Shown: positions 37,152-53,719, counted from the stretch's first letter. The stretch is DNA of 64,000 bases from the human T2T-CHM13v2.0 reference genome, Homo sapiens (GCF_009914755.1 NC_060942.1); one strand, 5' to 3'. Notes: generated from the sequence alone by a model not told the origin. Program-made: numbers and translations.

Positions 37152-37442
37152 GGCCAGGAACTGTGGCTCATGCCTGTAATTCCAGCACTTTGGGAGGCTA
37201 AGGTACAAGGATTTCCAGAAGCTGAGTTCAAGACCAGCCTTGACAACAAAGCAAAACTCTGTCTCTACAAAAAATTTACAAATTAGCCAGGCAACACAGC
37301 TAATAAGCCTGTAGTCCCAGCTACTCAGAAGGCTGAGGCAGGAGGATCACCTGAAATCCAGGATTTTGAAGTTGCAGTGAGCTATTATACAATCATGTCA
37401 CTGTACTTCAGCCTGGGCAACAGAGGGAGACTCTGTCACCAA

Positions 37443-37485
<43 letters not shown>

Positions 37486-37487
37486 AA
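37152..37487 (+). mobile_element. AluJ with (TAAA)n tail
   Basis: Diverged Alu; ~11 TAAA units at 37441-37487. Confidence 0.9.
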
Positions 37488-37870
37488 CATGATATGCTCA
37501 ATATTTTATATTTGTGAAATATTTGATAAATACATAAAGTCAATCTCCTCTTTTATGTGTACTGACTATCTCTTGATTTGATGTGCCTTAAATGGAAAGT
37601 AAACATTAGTGGATCTGAAAATCCATGATAACCAAATTCTGTTCTAACACCCTCAAAATGTGTAAATGATGCCCTAATGCCCTTTGTCCCTTCTCAGGCT
37701 GATAATCCACAAATTCTACACTCTATTCCAGAATCGCTTTCCTCCTAAATATACATATACTATTATATATGATATATAATATAGTATATGATATATAATA
37801 TAGCATATTATATATGATATATAATATAGCATATTATATATGCTATATAATATATATTTAGGAGTAAAGT

Positions 37871-38680
37871 GACTATATATTATATATTTATATAATATAT
37901 GACTATATATTATATATTTATATAATATATGACTATATATTATATATTTATATAATATATGACTATATATTATATATTTATATAATATATGACTATATAT
38001 TATATATTTATATAATATATGACTATATATTATATATTTATATAATATATGACTATATATTATATATTTATATAATATATGACTATATATTATATATTTA
38101 TATAATATATGACTATATATTATATATTTATATAATATATGACTATATATTATATATTTATATAATATATGACTATATATTATATATTTATATAATATAT
38201 GACTATATATTATATATTTATATAATATATGACTATATATTATATATTTATATAATATATGACTATATATTATATATTTATATAATATATGACTATATAT
38301 TATATATTTATATAATATATGACTATATATTATATATTTATATAATATATGACTATATATTATATATTTATATAATATATGACTATATATTATATATTTA
38401 TATAATATATGACTATATATTATATATTTATATAATATATGACTATATATTATATATTTATATAATATATGACTATATATTATATATTTATATAATATAT
38501 GACTATATATTATATATTTATATAATATATGACTATATATTATATATTTATATAATATATGACTATATATTATATATTTATATAATATATGACTATATAT
38601 TATATATTTATATAATATATGACTATATATTATATATTTATATAATATATGACTATATATTATATATTTATATAATATAT
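37871..38680. repeat. Minisatellite, 27 perfect copies of 30-bp GACTATATATTATATATTTATATAATATAT
   Basis: Two units per 60-nt line in identical register from 37871 to 38680 (810 bp). Confidence 0.97.
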
Positions 38681-39108
38681 TTATATAAATACATTATATT
38701 TTATATATTTATATAAATACATTATATTTTATATATTTATATAAATATATTATATTTTATATAATATATTATATATAATATATATAATATATATAATATA
38801 TTTATATAAATATATTATATTTTATATAATATATTATATATAATATATATTATATATATAATATATATTATATATTATATAATTATATATTTATATATAA
38901 TATATTATATATTATATATATTTATATATAATATATTATATATTATATATATTATATATAATTATATTATATATAATATACATAATATTGTTATATATAA
39001 TTATATAATATATATTATATAATTATATATAATATAATTATATATAATTAATATATAATTATATATAATATAATTATATATAATTAATATATAATTATAT
39101 TATATATA
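38681..39108. repeat. Degenerate (TA)n/AT-rich low-complexity tract
   Basis: Almost exclusively A/T, contiguous with the minisatellite. Confidence 0.95.
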
Positions 39109-40002
39109 TGGATTGTGTGTACAAACACACATATATGCCCCACTTGTACCTCAGAGACTTTAAGGAGAAAGCTGAAACAGGAGATCAGAGAAATAATGGG
39201 CAATAATCACCAGCCAAAGGACAGAGTAAATGCCACAGGTGCCATGAGTCCACAAGTAATAGAACATTCTCTGAAAGGCAACTAGGCTCCAAGTGCTATA
39301 TTAAGTACAGTTGGGTATTCCCCGCCCAATGAAACGAAAGCAATGGAAAGAAAGATATAAACCCACAAAGATCAGATCAAGGGAAGTGTGGAAGATGGGA
39401 AGGTGACAGAGGAGTGTACCTGAACCAGCCGACCTGAGGAAGCCCCAAAAGGAGTTCCTGCCAAGGGGGACACCAACAAGAAGGAAGGCAATTCACCCCA
39501 TGGAGCCGTGGGAAGGCTAAAGAGCGAGAGACAGGGCACTGGGGAAGACGGGGCAAGGTGCAGGACTAAAGCCTGGGGGTCTCTCTCCCCAGGAAAAGAC
39601 TATTATGCGTGCTTCCCAGAGAAATACAACTAGAGAGACCAATGCCAAGGTTGGGGAGGGTAATAAGGTGGAAAATGAAGAAAACAAGAGAATGAAGATA
39701 AAGTCAACTTGCTACAGCTCCACAGTGAGTTTCCCTGCCTCCAAGGCAGGAGACTGAAGGATTCCTCTCAAGAGAAACTGAATAGGAACCTAGGGAAAAG
39801 ATACAGAAATTTAGGAACTGCCAGGCCAATTTAAAAAATAGATCGTCACCTCACAGCAATGCCCACCACTCAACAAAATCTACTTACACAAAGAGCTTCC
39901 AATCAGTTTTTGGGTAGTCTCAACTTTAAATAAGAATGGACAGTCAAAAATGATTAGACTTGTGAGTAAAGCCTCCAGCATGAAATATAGAAACCAAAGC
40001 AG

Positions 40003-40302
40003 CCCGGGCATGGTGACTGACTCCTAGAATCCCAGCGCTTTGGGAAGCCAAGACAAAAGAATCACTTGAGCCCAGGACTTGGAGATCAACCTGGGCAACA
40101 CAGAGACATTTTTAATGCCTCTACAAAAAAATAAACAAATTAGCCAGACATGGTGGTGCACGCCTATAGTTCCTGCTACTTGGGAGGCTGAGGTGAGAGG
40201 ATTGCCTGAGCCTGAGAGGTCAAGGCTGCAATGAGCTGTGATCGTGCCACCACACTCCAGCCTGGGCAACAGAGGGAGATCCTGTCTCAAAAATAAAAAA
40301 AA
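40003..40302 (+). mobile_element. AluJ
   Basis: Diverged full Alu. Confidence 0.9.
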
Positions 40303-40532
40303 GAAACTGAAACAAACTAAAGAAAGGAATCATAGAAAACAGATGATTCTAAGAAAAAATTAAAAACTAAAATATCTTTAGATAGATAATAATGAAAACA
40401 GTAACAATAATACCAAACATGTATTTAGCACCTACTATGTCCCCAGTCACCATCTTAACTGTTTCACATATACTAACTGATTTTACACTCACCACAAACT
40501 ATGGCGTGGTACTTTTTTTTCTCATTGCCTAA

Positions 40533-42999
<2,467 letters not shown>

Positions 43000-43877
43000 A
43001 CCTACATGAATAAACTAAAGCAAAGAAAGGTTAAGTAACTTGCCCAAGATTATAGAGCTAGAAAGTGGCACATCAGGTTTTAAACCCAGGTAGGATAGGT
43101 ACAGAAACCATTCTCTTTTAACCGTTTCATATTGCTTCATGAAGCAAGAGTAGGATGTCATAAAAAAGGAAATAAAGAACAAGAAAGGACACCTGAAATT
43201 TAAAACAAAAGAACGGAGAAAAGATAAAAGTTAAGGGAACTCCCATAATAAAGAACAAGAGGACAAATAAGTGAAAAACAGGAGGAGAAAAAATAGAAAA
43301 TTTAAAGAACAATTTAGAAGATTTTAATATATTAATAGTAACAGTTCCAAAAAGAAAGCACAAACAAAATGGGGGATGTTACACTGTCAAGTCAGGCATG
43401 GTGGGGATCTGAGATTTTACTTTACTGACAAAGCTGAAAAAGGCATGAAACCTCTGGAACAGGGACACAAAACAACTGCAATAGCAGTAGCCAGAGTAAC
43501 ACCTTGCATCAATTTCTTAGGCACTAAATCCCACAGGCCGTTCAAAGTATTTGGTAAAAATTAATAATATATCCATGGAAAACTAAGCAAACTAGGGGGA
43601 GGGAAGGGGAAACATGGTGAAGTACTCACCAGCAGTGAACAATATTTATGTAGTCATAATAATATAAAAGCTAAACACTATATTAACCAAGAATTCTTAT
43701 ATACCTATACTGGAAGTGCTTTTAGAAATAGGGGAAGGAAAGGGAAGAATACCCCACCTACCATAACAAGAAGTTAATATGTATTATCTAAAATTGATAA
43801 ATCACAAAATAGCAATTTAGGCAGATTTATAAACGCAGAGGTAAGAATCAAAAGAAAAAGCTTAAAAGAATTTTTAG

Positions 43878-44022
43878 GGCCAGGTGCAGTGGCTCAGGCC
43901 TGTAATCCCAGCACTTTGGGAGGCCCAGGCAGGAGGACCATTTGAGGCTAGGAGTTCAAGAACGGCCTGGGCAACACAGTGAGACCCCATCTCTACCAAA
44001 AGAAAAAGAGAGAGAGAGAGAC
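43878..44022 (+). mobile_element. FLAM/Alu left monomer with (GA)n tail
   Basis: GGCCAGGTGCAGTGGCTCAGGCCTGTAATCCC... Confidence 0.87.
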
Positions 44023-44495
44023 AGAGTTCTTAAAAGTAACTGCCTCTGAAAATGAGATTAAAAAGTGGGGATGGGTAAGGATACTGCTGATTTTTTATAA
44101 CCTGCCTTTATTATTATTTACCTTTTCTAACAATATACAAGTATTACTTTAAGTAGAAAAAATATCAAAATAAATAAGAGAGAATGAGCTTTACTATTTC
44201 ATAATCAATGATTCATATAAACAATTCAATGTGCAAATACTAAAGAACAAGTACAGGGTTGAAAAACCAAATAAGCCATATATAAGCTACATCACATTAT
44301 GGTTACATTAAGCACAAGAAGCCTATCAACAGTCAATAAATATTTCCTGAGTGCCCACTATGTGGCCAGCAGTATGCAAAGTGCCAAGGTTAAAGTTGTG
44401 AAGAAGGGAATGATATACAGAGATACGGATACATCAACAAGAAATGTTAAGATGGCAACTATTCAAGCTTCCAAGGGAAAGCTTCCAAGAGTTCA

Positions 44496-44816
<321 letters not shown>

Positions 44817-46464
44817 TTAAGACCTAAAGGACAAGAAGGGTTGGCCTGGGTGGATGTGGGAGTTCAGAAACTTCCAAAGCAGAGAACAGCACGTGTGAAG
44901 CCCTGTGGTTAAGAAATAACAGGTAGGGCCTGTTCAAGGACCTGAAAGAAGTTTAACATGGCTGGAACAGAAAAGGAATCAAAGCAGAAGCATAAGAGAC
45001 CAGAAAGTACCTTTTTCGAACACGTCTCTTTCTCAAGGAGCTGCTCTCCTCTCTCCTTTCTTCTGTCTATTAAGCTTTCCACTCCTTAACCCACCCACAT
45101 GTCCGTGTCCTAATTCTTTCTCGGCAGGCAACAACAAACCCTAGGGTATACACCCCAGATAGTGTAGCCACTTCATAATGGCAGCTTTGTCCGGGATACC
45201 AAGGTACAACATTCATAAGAACGGTAAGGGGAAGAGCGAACTCTAACTCTGTCCTTTCATTCCAAGGTTCTCGGCTTCCATTTTAGACCTTTCATGGAGG
45301 ACTTAGCTGTCGTGTGGGGCTGGAAGAAGTCCTGGGGCAACTGAGGATTTCTGGCCGGCGCTACCCCCTGGTGTTATCCAAAGGCTTCTGGACCCCAGCC
45401 GCCAACCGCCCCAATGCGGTGTCGGCAACAGGATCTCCAACTTTCCTATTGTAATCTCCTCCTCTCCTGTTCGCAACCGTCATATCTCTTATCCTCTCTG
45501 TATGAAATGTGTGGGAAGTTTTATGGTTCAGGGAAGTAGTCTTGTTTGGTAAGATCAGGGAATGTCGTAGTAACAAGGCATATAGCTCAAGGGGAAGCGT
45601 CTTTGTGATTTTCTAAGAACAGGGCTCCCTGACCCCCCAACAGTGAGAATCTCTCTTTCTCTGCCCTTGGTCTGGAGAGCACATGGCATTTTCCAGGTCT
45701 CTCTCTGCCCTTGGTCTAGAGAGTATGTGGTGTTTCAAGGTCAACAGCGCCACCTAGTGAAATAGGAATCCTCTCCATGAAGCACACTGTCAGTCCAATG
45801 AAACATCCTAGCCTCCCAATTCTCTTTCCTTTTTGTGCCTCTCTACTAGAAACCAGGCTTTATGCTGGTTCTGTAAATGAGAAAACTCTGCCTTCAACAA
45901 TTAGGGGTAAAATATTCCTCCAAAGCCAAAATTTAGTCTCAATACTGTCTCATCAGCAGGAAAATGGCCATTCAATCCCTAAGTTTTTTTAAGCCACCTA
46001 TTCTGCCTTCAATTAGAGTAGTACTTAATTAGTAAGGGAATTTTAAGTTTGGAAGTTAACTGGAACCATTATCTAAGGGTAAATGCTTCAGCACAGGCCA
46101 TAATAGCAGGATACAGAGTTCAATCTAGCACATCCCCTGCATTAAAGGGGCCTTGCCCAACTATTATGTAGTTTTTCTTGAAATCCATTTTTCAGGAAGC
46201 CAGGCAAGTCACACAAGTCTAGGAAGTTAAAGGGAAATCACAGGCAGAGGACTACAGCCACTTGGGTGAGCATGACTAGCCCCAGTGACTTAGTTCCTCT
46301 GGTTCCATGACTGGGGGTCACACTTGCAACCATGGGCAGCATGTTCAACAAGGTGCCTGGGACCCAGGAAACACAGGGGGAAAAAAGCAGGGGGGATGCC
46401 CCCACTGCTTCCTCTCCACCATGGGTCACACCAAAAGGAAGGAGACTAAAGGGCCACCTTTTTC

Positions 46465-47185
46465 TCTAAGTGGGTACCATCTTCATCCTGCACTCCCCTG
46501 GAGTGCATTCTGAAGCACAAGGATTTCTTTGACCCTGAAACTTTAAAAAGCAGCTCATTTTCTTTTGCACAGGGCATGGCCTTTTTACTAGACCTTTGCA
46601 AGCGTTACAGAATTAACCCAGCCCTTTTAGCAATCATATTGAGCAGGCCCAAAGAGAATAATTCCCCAAAATGAGAGAAGCAACTTCTGGGGAAATCATC
46701 TGAGGCAGCTATTGGGTGTCCCAGCCCTTCAAGTCCCCCTTATTTAGGGCCACCTCCAACCATACCACCAGTTCTTCCACCTCCACCATCTCCAAAATTT
46801 CCCACTCCCCACTTTCACTCTTACCTCTACAGGAAATGCCCAATGGAGGTGATGTCACTAGGGTTCAAGTTCCCTCCTCTTTGCAAGACCTTAGGCAAAT
46901 AAAGGTGACTGAGGCCAATTTTCTGAAGACCCTGATAGGTATATAGAAGCTTTCCAAAATTTAACTCAGGTGTTTCACCTCTCATGAAGAGATTTTATGT
47001 TGCTTCTAAGCCAAACCCTAATTACAGCTGAAGAGCAGGCAGCAAAGAAATTGAAAGATAAGCAACGTTTCCTATAGTAGGCCTAAAACGAAAAGAGAAA
47101 ATAGGGAAGGCAAAGAAATAAGAGAAACACAATTCCCAATAGGAAGAGAGGCGGTACCTCTTGACAACCCTAACTGGAATCCCCA
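46465..47185 (+). pseudogene. Retroviral gag remnant
   Basis: Fragments TPLECILKH, FDPETLK, LLPLQEMPNGGDVTRVQVPSSLQDLRQIK and QFSEDPDRYIEAFQNLTQVF, typical of class I HERV matrix/capsid, broken by frameshifts and stops. Confidence 0.8.
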
Positions 47186-49788
47186 GACTTTTCTATGGTG
47201 TTTTTCCTTCTTTCACAGTGTACAATGGTTCCTATCTCTTCCTGTATAATGTTCCTCCAAAGTAGGAAAAGTTAATTTCCCCAAACCTTAAAATGGTTGA
47301 CTTAGAGTTGAGCTAATGGGAAGGGAACCCAGAAGCCTGACATGCTGGCAAAAGGGTAAAAGTTTTTTTACCAGTCAACATTTTGGCTTATCTCTTCCTG
47401 TGCAAACCAGTAACAAGGATAATAAGGATGATTGTTTATTCTCTGTAAAGTTTTAATTAATAAAAAAGAATTTGTGAGGTTGGTCTTAAGCTGTAACCAA
47501 TCTGGTGTGCTTTGTGTGTCTTTCTGTAGCGTTCTGTCAAAAGAAAGGGTACCTTAGGTTAGGATGCAGGCCCAGGACCCCATAAGCCTGACTTTGTCTG
47601 GGTCCTAGACTCCACACCTGGTATATAATTAAAATCACTTACTAACCAGGTTTTTTACCTAAAGTAAAAGTTGCTGAGAGTTAACAGTGCAACATGTATT
47701 TGAGATCTCTAAAGTTTTATATGCAAGGCTTATAAAAACAGTGAAATGTGTTTTTTAGTAAAAGATTATAAGAAAGCATGAAAATATAAATTTTGCCCAG
47801 GGATAAGAGATTATCTTAAATTTAATAAGACAGAGCTAAAGGTTTAAGCAAGTTACAGGAAGACAAAAATTAATCTTGCAAAAATGTATAAACATTAACT
47901 AAATTCAAAAGGGTATTATATGGTCTTTTCCTAAATTGAGCATTGAAAGAAAAACACGGCAAGGCTGTCTTAAGACACTAATCTGCCGTTTAACAAAAGG
48001 GGTTGTAAAGGGTTTGTAAAGACTTCACCCCATGGTCATTGGTTAAGATTAGGTGAACTTTCCTATGAGGTTTTATCAAAAGGTTGTTTACAACTTTAAT
48101 AAACTAATACAAGGGTAAAATTTGGCTTTAAACAGGATTTTCATGTAATAGTAAAGGATGATGAAAGATTTTTTCCTTTTGTGACATCATTTTGGCAAAA
48201 TAAATAATGGCAATTTGGAATTCTATTTCATAACATCAAGTGTTTTAAACCTCTAACATTTAAAAGGCATCCCAAAATCAAGCTTCAAGTTTCAAAATTG
48301 TCCTTCCTGATGCCTGGCTTTCTGGATTGTTCAGAAGGCCCCTGAAACATCCAGAGAAGAGGTAAACAGGATTATCTGACATGTTTAGTCACATTAGAAT
48401 TGCCAAAACGATGTCCAATCTTCTTTAAGTTATATTTTGGTGAATAATACTAATATATGTTCCAAAATTGTATGGGATTTCTAAAATTCTAATGTCTAAG
48501 TATATACTATCAATCATAATTAAGGTTAACTAAACTTTTTCCGTCATGTTTTTAACTGTAACCTGGAAATTTTGTCATGCACAGACAATTGTTGTTTTGC
48601 TTTGTTCCTTCTGAAAAGACAGTTTATAATCAAGCTATATTAAGGACTTTCAACAGGTGTCCTCAAATGCAGGTTTTTAACAGCTTTGAAGATTGTAACA
48701 TTGGAAGAGAGAAAGAACGTACAGGACTCATGAACTGAAATGTTCACAAATATCAAGCAAAACAAGAATTGACTAAATGGACTACACTCAGAAAGCTAAA
48801 GCAATCTTTTTGACTTTTGCTTGGAATATTGCTGATCCTTGGTTTGTTTTTCAGAGTCAAGGAAACTTATTTTGAACTATTTACAGCCTTTAATAATTGA
48901 GTAAGGTATACTCCTGTGAACAAAACTTGAAGCATGATTGTTTCTCTCTGCCTGGTTCCTCTAATCTGTGAGAACTCTTAACTTATGGCAATATAGTTGT
49001 TTGCATCAGTGAAATAAGAATCCATTTTTCTTTTTCAACAGGACACAAATGGAAAAACTGGCTATTTTATCAAGGCTTTGACTGGAAGTGTATGCTTCCC
49101 TTTAAGGAGTCAACCTCCACTTGCAGAGCTGAAAAAGCCCCATGGGAAGAACTGGCCTCATACCTTGTCTACACAGTCCCCGCACAGGGTTCCTAACCTT
49201 TGGTCAGTAAAGAATGTCACTTTCTAACAGGTCCAGGAGCTCCAAGTTTATCTTGGGACCTTAAGAGAAAAGGATCACCCAACTCACAGGTATTTGAAGA
49301 TACAAACCCATGCTGGGCTCAGCTTTAAGAAGTCTTATCTGAGATTTCTTGTGGAACAGAGTTCCATCGAAGCCAATCCAAAAGGACTATGCAGAAATAA
49401 TTACTCTTGCTGAACTTTATGCAAATAACAAGGCCAAATATAAGACTAAGGTTTATTCTACAAACAACACGGTCCTATCATAATTTGTTTTTACCAAAAT
49501 CAGGACTAGAGAGAGAAAATATGCTCCAAAGCTTATCATACATTTGTCATTAAATCCTAGTCACATTAATTGTTTTTAAGTTGTGTGCCTACATTTTAGA
49601 CTAACACTGCTTATTCCTGTGAATCAAGTGGTGATCTCCTGAAGCTTACAAGAAACAAAAAGAGATGGGTAACACAAAAATCTGGATACCTTGGCAAATA
49701 AAATTTTAGATGGAAAGTATCTACTACACCACACTTGTGGGAATTGCTATACTCACTCTACTATTTGCAGTAGGGTTATACATGGCAG

Positions 49789-50379
49789 TGTGTCTGGAAT
49801 TGGTGGATTCTTGGTCTCATTGACTTCAAGAATGAAGCCACAGACCCTCACAGTGAGTGTTACAGTTCTTCAAGGCGGCATGTCCAGAGTTTGTTCCTTC
49901 TGATGTTCGGATGTGTTCGGAGTTTCTTCCTTCTGGTGGGTTCGTGCTCTCGCTGGCTTAGGAGTGAAGCGGCAGACCTTCGCGGTGAGTGTTACAGCTC
50001 ATAAAGGCAGTGTGGACCCAAAGAGTGAGCAGCAGCAAGATTTATTGCAAAGAGTGAAAGAACAAAGCTCCCGCAGTGTGGAAGGGGACCTGAGCGGGTT
50101 GCCATTGCTGGTTCAGGCAGCCTGCTTTTATTCCCTTATCTGGCCCCACCCACATCCTGCTGATTTGGTCCATTTTACAGAGAGCTGATTGGTCTGTTTT
50201 GACAGGGTGCTGATTGGTGCGTTTACAATCCCTGAGCTAGATATAAAGATTCTCCAAGTCCCCACCAGATTAGCTAGATACAGAGTGCTGATTGGTGCAT
50301 TTACAAACCTTGAGCTAGACACAGAGTGCTGACTGGCGTATCTACAATCCCTCAGCTAGACATAAAGGTTCTCCAAGTC
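49789..50379 (-). mobile_element. LTR12 (HERV9 LTR), 3' portion, minus orientation
   Basis: Reverse complement of the LTR12 end (...GAAGTCAATGAGACCAAGAATCCACCAATTCCAGACACA) with CCAAT tandem repeats. Confidence 0.9.
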
Positions 50380-51380
50380 ACTGCCGTGGGCTCCTGCGTG
50401 GCCTGAGCCTCCCTGACGAGCGCCGCTCCCTGCTCCCCAGCGCCTGGTCCCATCAACCGCCCAAGGGCTGAGGAGTGCAGGCGCACAGCGCGGGACTGGC
50501 AGGCAGCTCTGCCTGCGGCCCTGGTGCAGGATCCACCAGGTGAAGCCAGCTGGGCTCCTGAGTCTAGTGGGGACTTGGAGAACCTTTATGTCTAGCTAAG
50601 GGATTGCAGATACACCAATCAGCACTCTGTGTCTAGCTCAAGGTTTGTGAACAGACCAATCAGCACCCTGTGTCTAGGCTCAGGGTTTGAGGATGCACCA
50701 ATCGGCACTCTGTATCTAGCTAATCTGGTGGGGACTTGGAGAATCTTTATGTCTAGCTAAGGGATTGTAAATACACCAATCAGCACTCTGTGTCTAGCTC
50801 AAGGTTTGTAAATGTACCAATCCACACCCTGTGTCTAGCTCAAGGTTTGTAAATGCACCAATCAGCACTCTGTATCTAGCTCAGGGTTTGTAAATATACC
50901 AATCAGTACTCTGTATCTAGCTAATCTAGGGGGGACTTGGAGAACTTTTGTGTCGAGCTCAGGGATTGTACACGCACCAATCAGCACCCTGTAAAATGGA
51001 CCAATCAGCAGGATGTGGGTGGGGCCAGATAAGGGAATAAAAGCAGGCTGCCCCAACCAGCAGTGGCAACCGGCTCAGGTCCCCTTCCACACTGCGGGAG
51101 CTTTGTTCTTTCGCTCTTTGCAATAAATCTTGTTGCTGCTCACTCTTTGGGTCCACACTGCCTTTATGAGCTGTAACACTCACTGCGAAGGTCTGCAGCT
51201 TCACTCCTGAAGCCAGCGAGAGCACGAACCCACCAGAAGGAAGAAACTCCGAACACATCCGAAAATCAGAAGGAACAAACTCCACACACGCCGCCTTTAA
51301 GAACTGTAACACTCACCGTGAGGGTCCGTGGCTTCATTCTTGAAGTCAATGAGACCAAGAACCCACCAATTCTGGACACA
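50380..51380 (+). mobile_element. LTR12 (HERV9 LTR), 5'-truncated, plus orientation
   Basis: GC-rich U3 piece, arrays of CACCAATCAGCACTCTGTGTCTAGCT (NF-Y boxes), GGGAATAAAAGCAGGCTG, ending CCAATTCTGGACACA. Confidence 0.92.
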
Positions 51381-51769
51381 ATAGCACCTTCTAACTGAAA
51401 TACTGGAAAGAGAGTTTTCATTGTTGTAGAATTTGCTTAATTATTATCCTGATAGCAGGGATAATTACCAACAAAAAGGAAGCACGAAAGTTTTACTAAC
51501 ACCGAGTTTGCTAGAACTTCTTATTGGGTTTGGTAATATGTCACACCCTGGCTATGCAAAGAAGGTTATAAAGGAAAGAGATTTTCTGTGGAAGTCATGA
51601 AGGGATTGATAACTGCAGGAAAGATCTAGCCAAGGTTAACACTAAAGTTACTCCAGCCACCCAAATCCAATGCCACTTATCCTAAAAGGAATGTTACTTT
51701 TATATTAACATTTCAACAACATCTGGTGGAGGCAAACCAGTGTTACAACCCATCAGAATAGCAACAGAA

Positions 51770-51850
51770 TCAAACTCCAAATGATGCTGCAGACAGAACC
51801 ACACACGGACATGCCTTTCTTCCAAGGACCCTTAGATTGACCCCAGGAGG
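51770..51850 (+). pseudogene. env C-terminal tail remnant
   Basis: Translates IKLQMMLQTEPHTDMPFFQGPLD*PQEE, just upstream of the PPT/3' LTR, typical of class I ERV TM tails. Confidence 0.6.
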
Positions 51851-52355
51851 AGCCCTAGCTGCTGATCCCCACATGATGCCCCTTTTCAGCAGGAAGTAGC
51901 CAGAAAGAGTCATCACCCAACACCCCCTAACAGCAGTTAGGGTTGCCACTCCAGAGCAGGGAATGATGATATAGGAGTTAACAAGGAATTACTTAGGCAG
52001 ATAGCAAGGGCATGGGAGTCCTCAGTAAGGCTGTTCTTTTTAATGAAAAGCAGCCCCAAATCATTTTCTAACAAAGAGCAGCCTGCAAGCTGGGAGCTTG
52101 CACACGATAATGCCTGCAGAAACTAAGGACTAGACATTTTCAAAATGGCGGCTCCATCTTCCCTTCTCTGCCAGCCACATGTACTGTAAAGGAGCAGACA
52201 GGATGGTGCCAATCAACTGGAAAGCCCATTTGCATAAGATTAGGTTGAGGCAACCAGCCTTCCCCACACACTCTGTAGACGTCATGCATGATCGAACCAA
52301 TCTGTGAGCCCTATGTAAATCAGACACTGCCTTCTCCATATAAAAATCTGCTGCA

Positions 52356-52768
<413 letters not shown>

Positions 52769-53179
52769 TTAACCCACAAAAAAATAAAAATAATAAAGAA
52801 AAGGCCAGAAAGTAAGCTGAGGCTTGACGCTTTACAGAGAGACTCACTAAAGGGCATGCCTTCTTACTCCGCACATAGTAACCGTACAACTGCATACATC
52901 CTCCCTAAGACTTCCAGATTGATGAATTCTACCCCTATACACTTACAATCCAAAATATCTATGTCTAGTCAGAACTGTCTTTTGAGTGTCAGTCCCGTTT
53001 ATCTAACTGCCTAACATCTATCACCATCTGATGTCCCAAGGGCACCTCAAACTCCACATGCTCAATACTGAACTGAATATACATCCTTCTCCTTGTCCAT
53101 CTCTAATTCTCATCTTTTTACACCACTCATTCAGATATCCAAGTCGAGAAATCTAAAGGAAGAGAATGAAAAACAACTA

Positions 53180-53360
53180 ATAGTTATAGTGTATATATTG
53201 CTAGGTACATAGAGGTATTTTCATTTAATTCTCTAACAAACATATAAAGTATATATTAGTCCCATTATACAGATAAGAAAACTGAAGTTCAAAAAGGTTG
53301 AGTAACATGCCAAAGCAAATAAATGATAGAACTAGGACTCAAACCTAGAGTTTCAAAAAG
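53180..53360. mobile_element. MIR
   Basis: CCCATTATACAGATAAGAAAACTGAAGTTCAAAAAGGTTGAGTAAC. Confidence 0.7.
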
Positions 53361-53407
53361 TATGTAGGTTAGTCTGGGTTCAGAGAAATTAATTATAAAG
53401 GAGCAGA

Positions 53408-53703
<296 letters not shown>

Positions 53704-53719
53704 ATGCTAATTCCCTACC

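Noticed and set aside
37871-38680. CRISPR-like array (30-bp palindromic repeats)
   Set aside because: No spacers, no cas genes, eukaryotic context; it is a head-to-tail minisatellite.
35780-40400. Possible unique exons in purine-rich stretches (35780-36350, 39150-40000)
   Set aside because: They resemble decayed 5' regions of ancient L1M/HAL1 elements; no coherent splice-site pair or dymeclin peptide found.
47190-49780. pol gene in the ERV internal region
   Set aside because: AT-rich, no long ORFs and no RT/RNaseH/integrase motifs recognised; looks like non-coding MER4-group internal sequence.
52120-52145. p53 response element in the MER61-like LTR
   Set aside because: GGACTAGACATTTTC lacks the core CWWG in the second half-site; not supportable.
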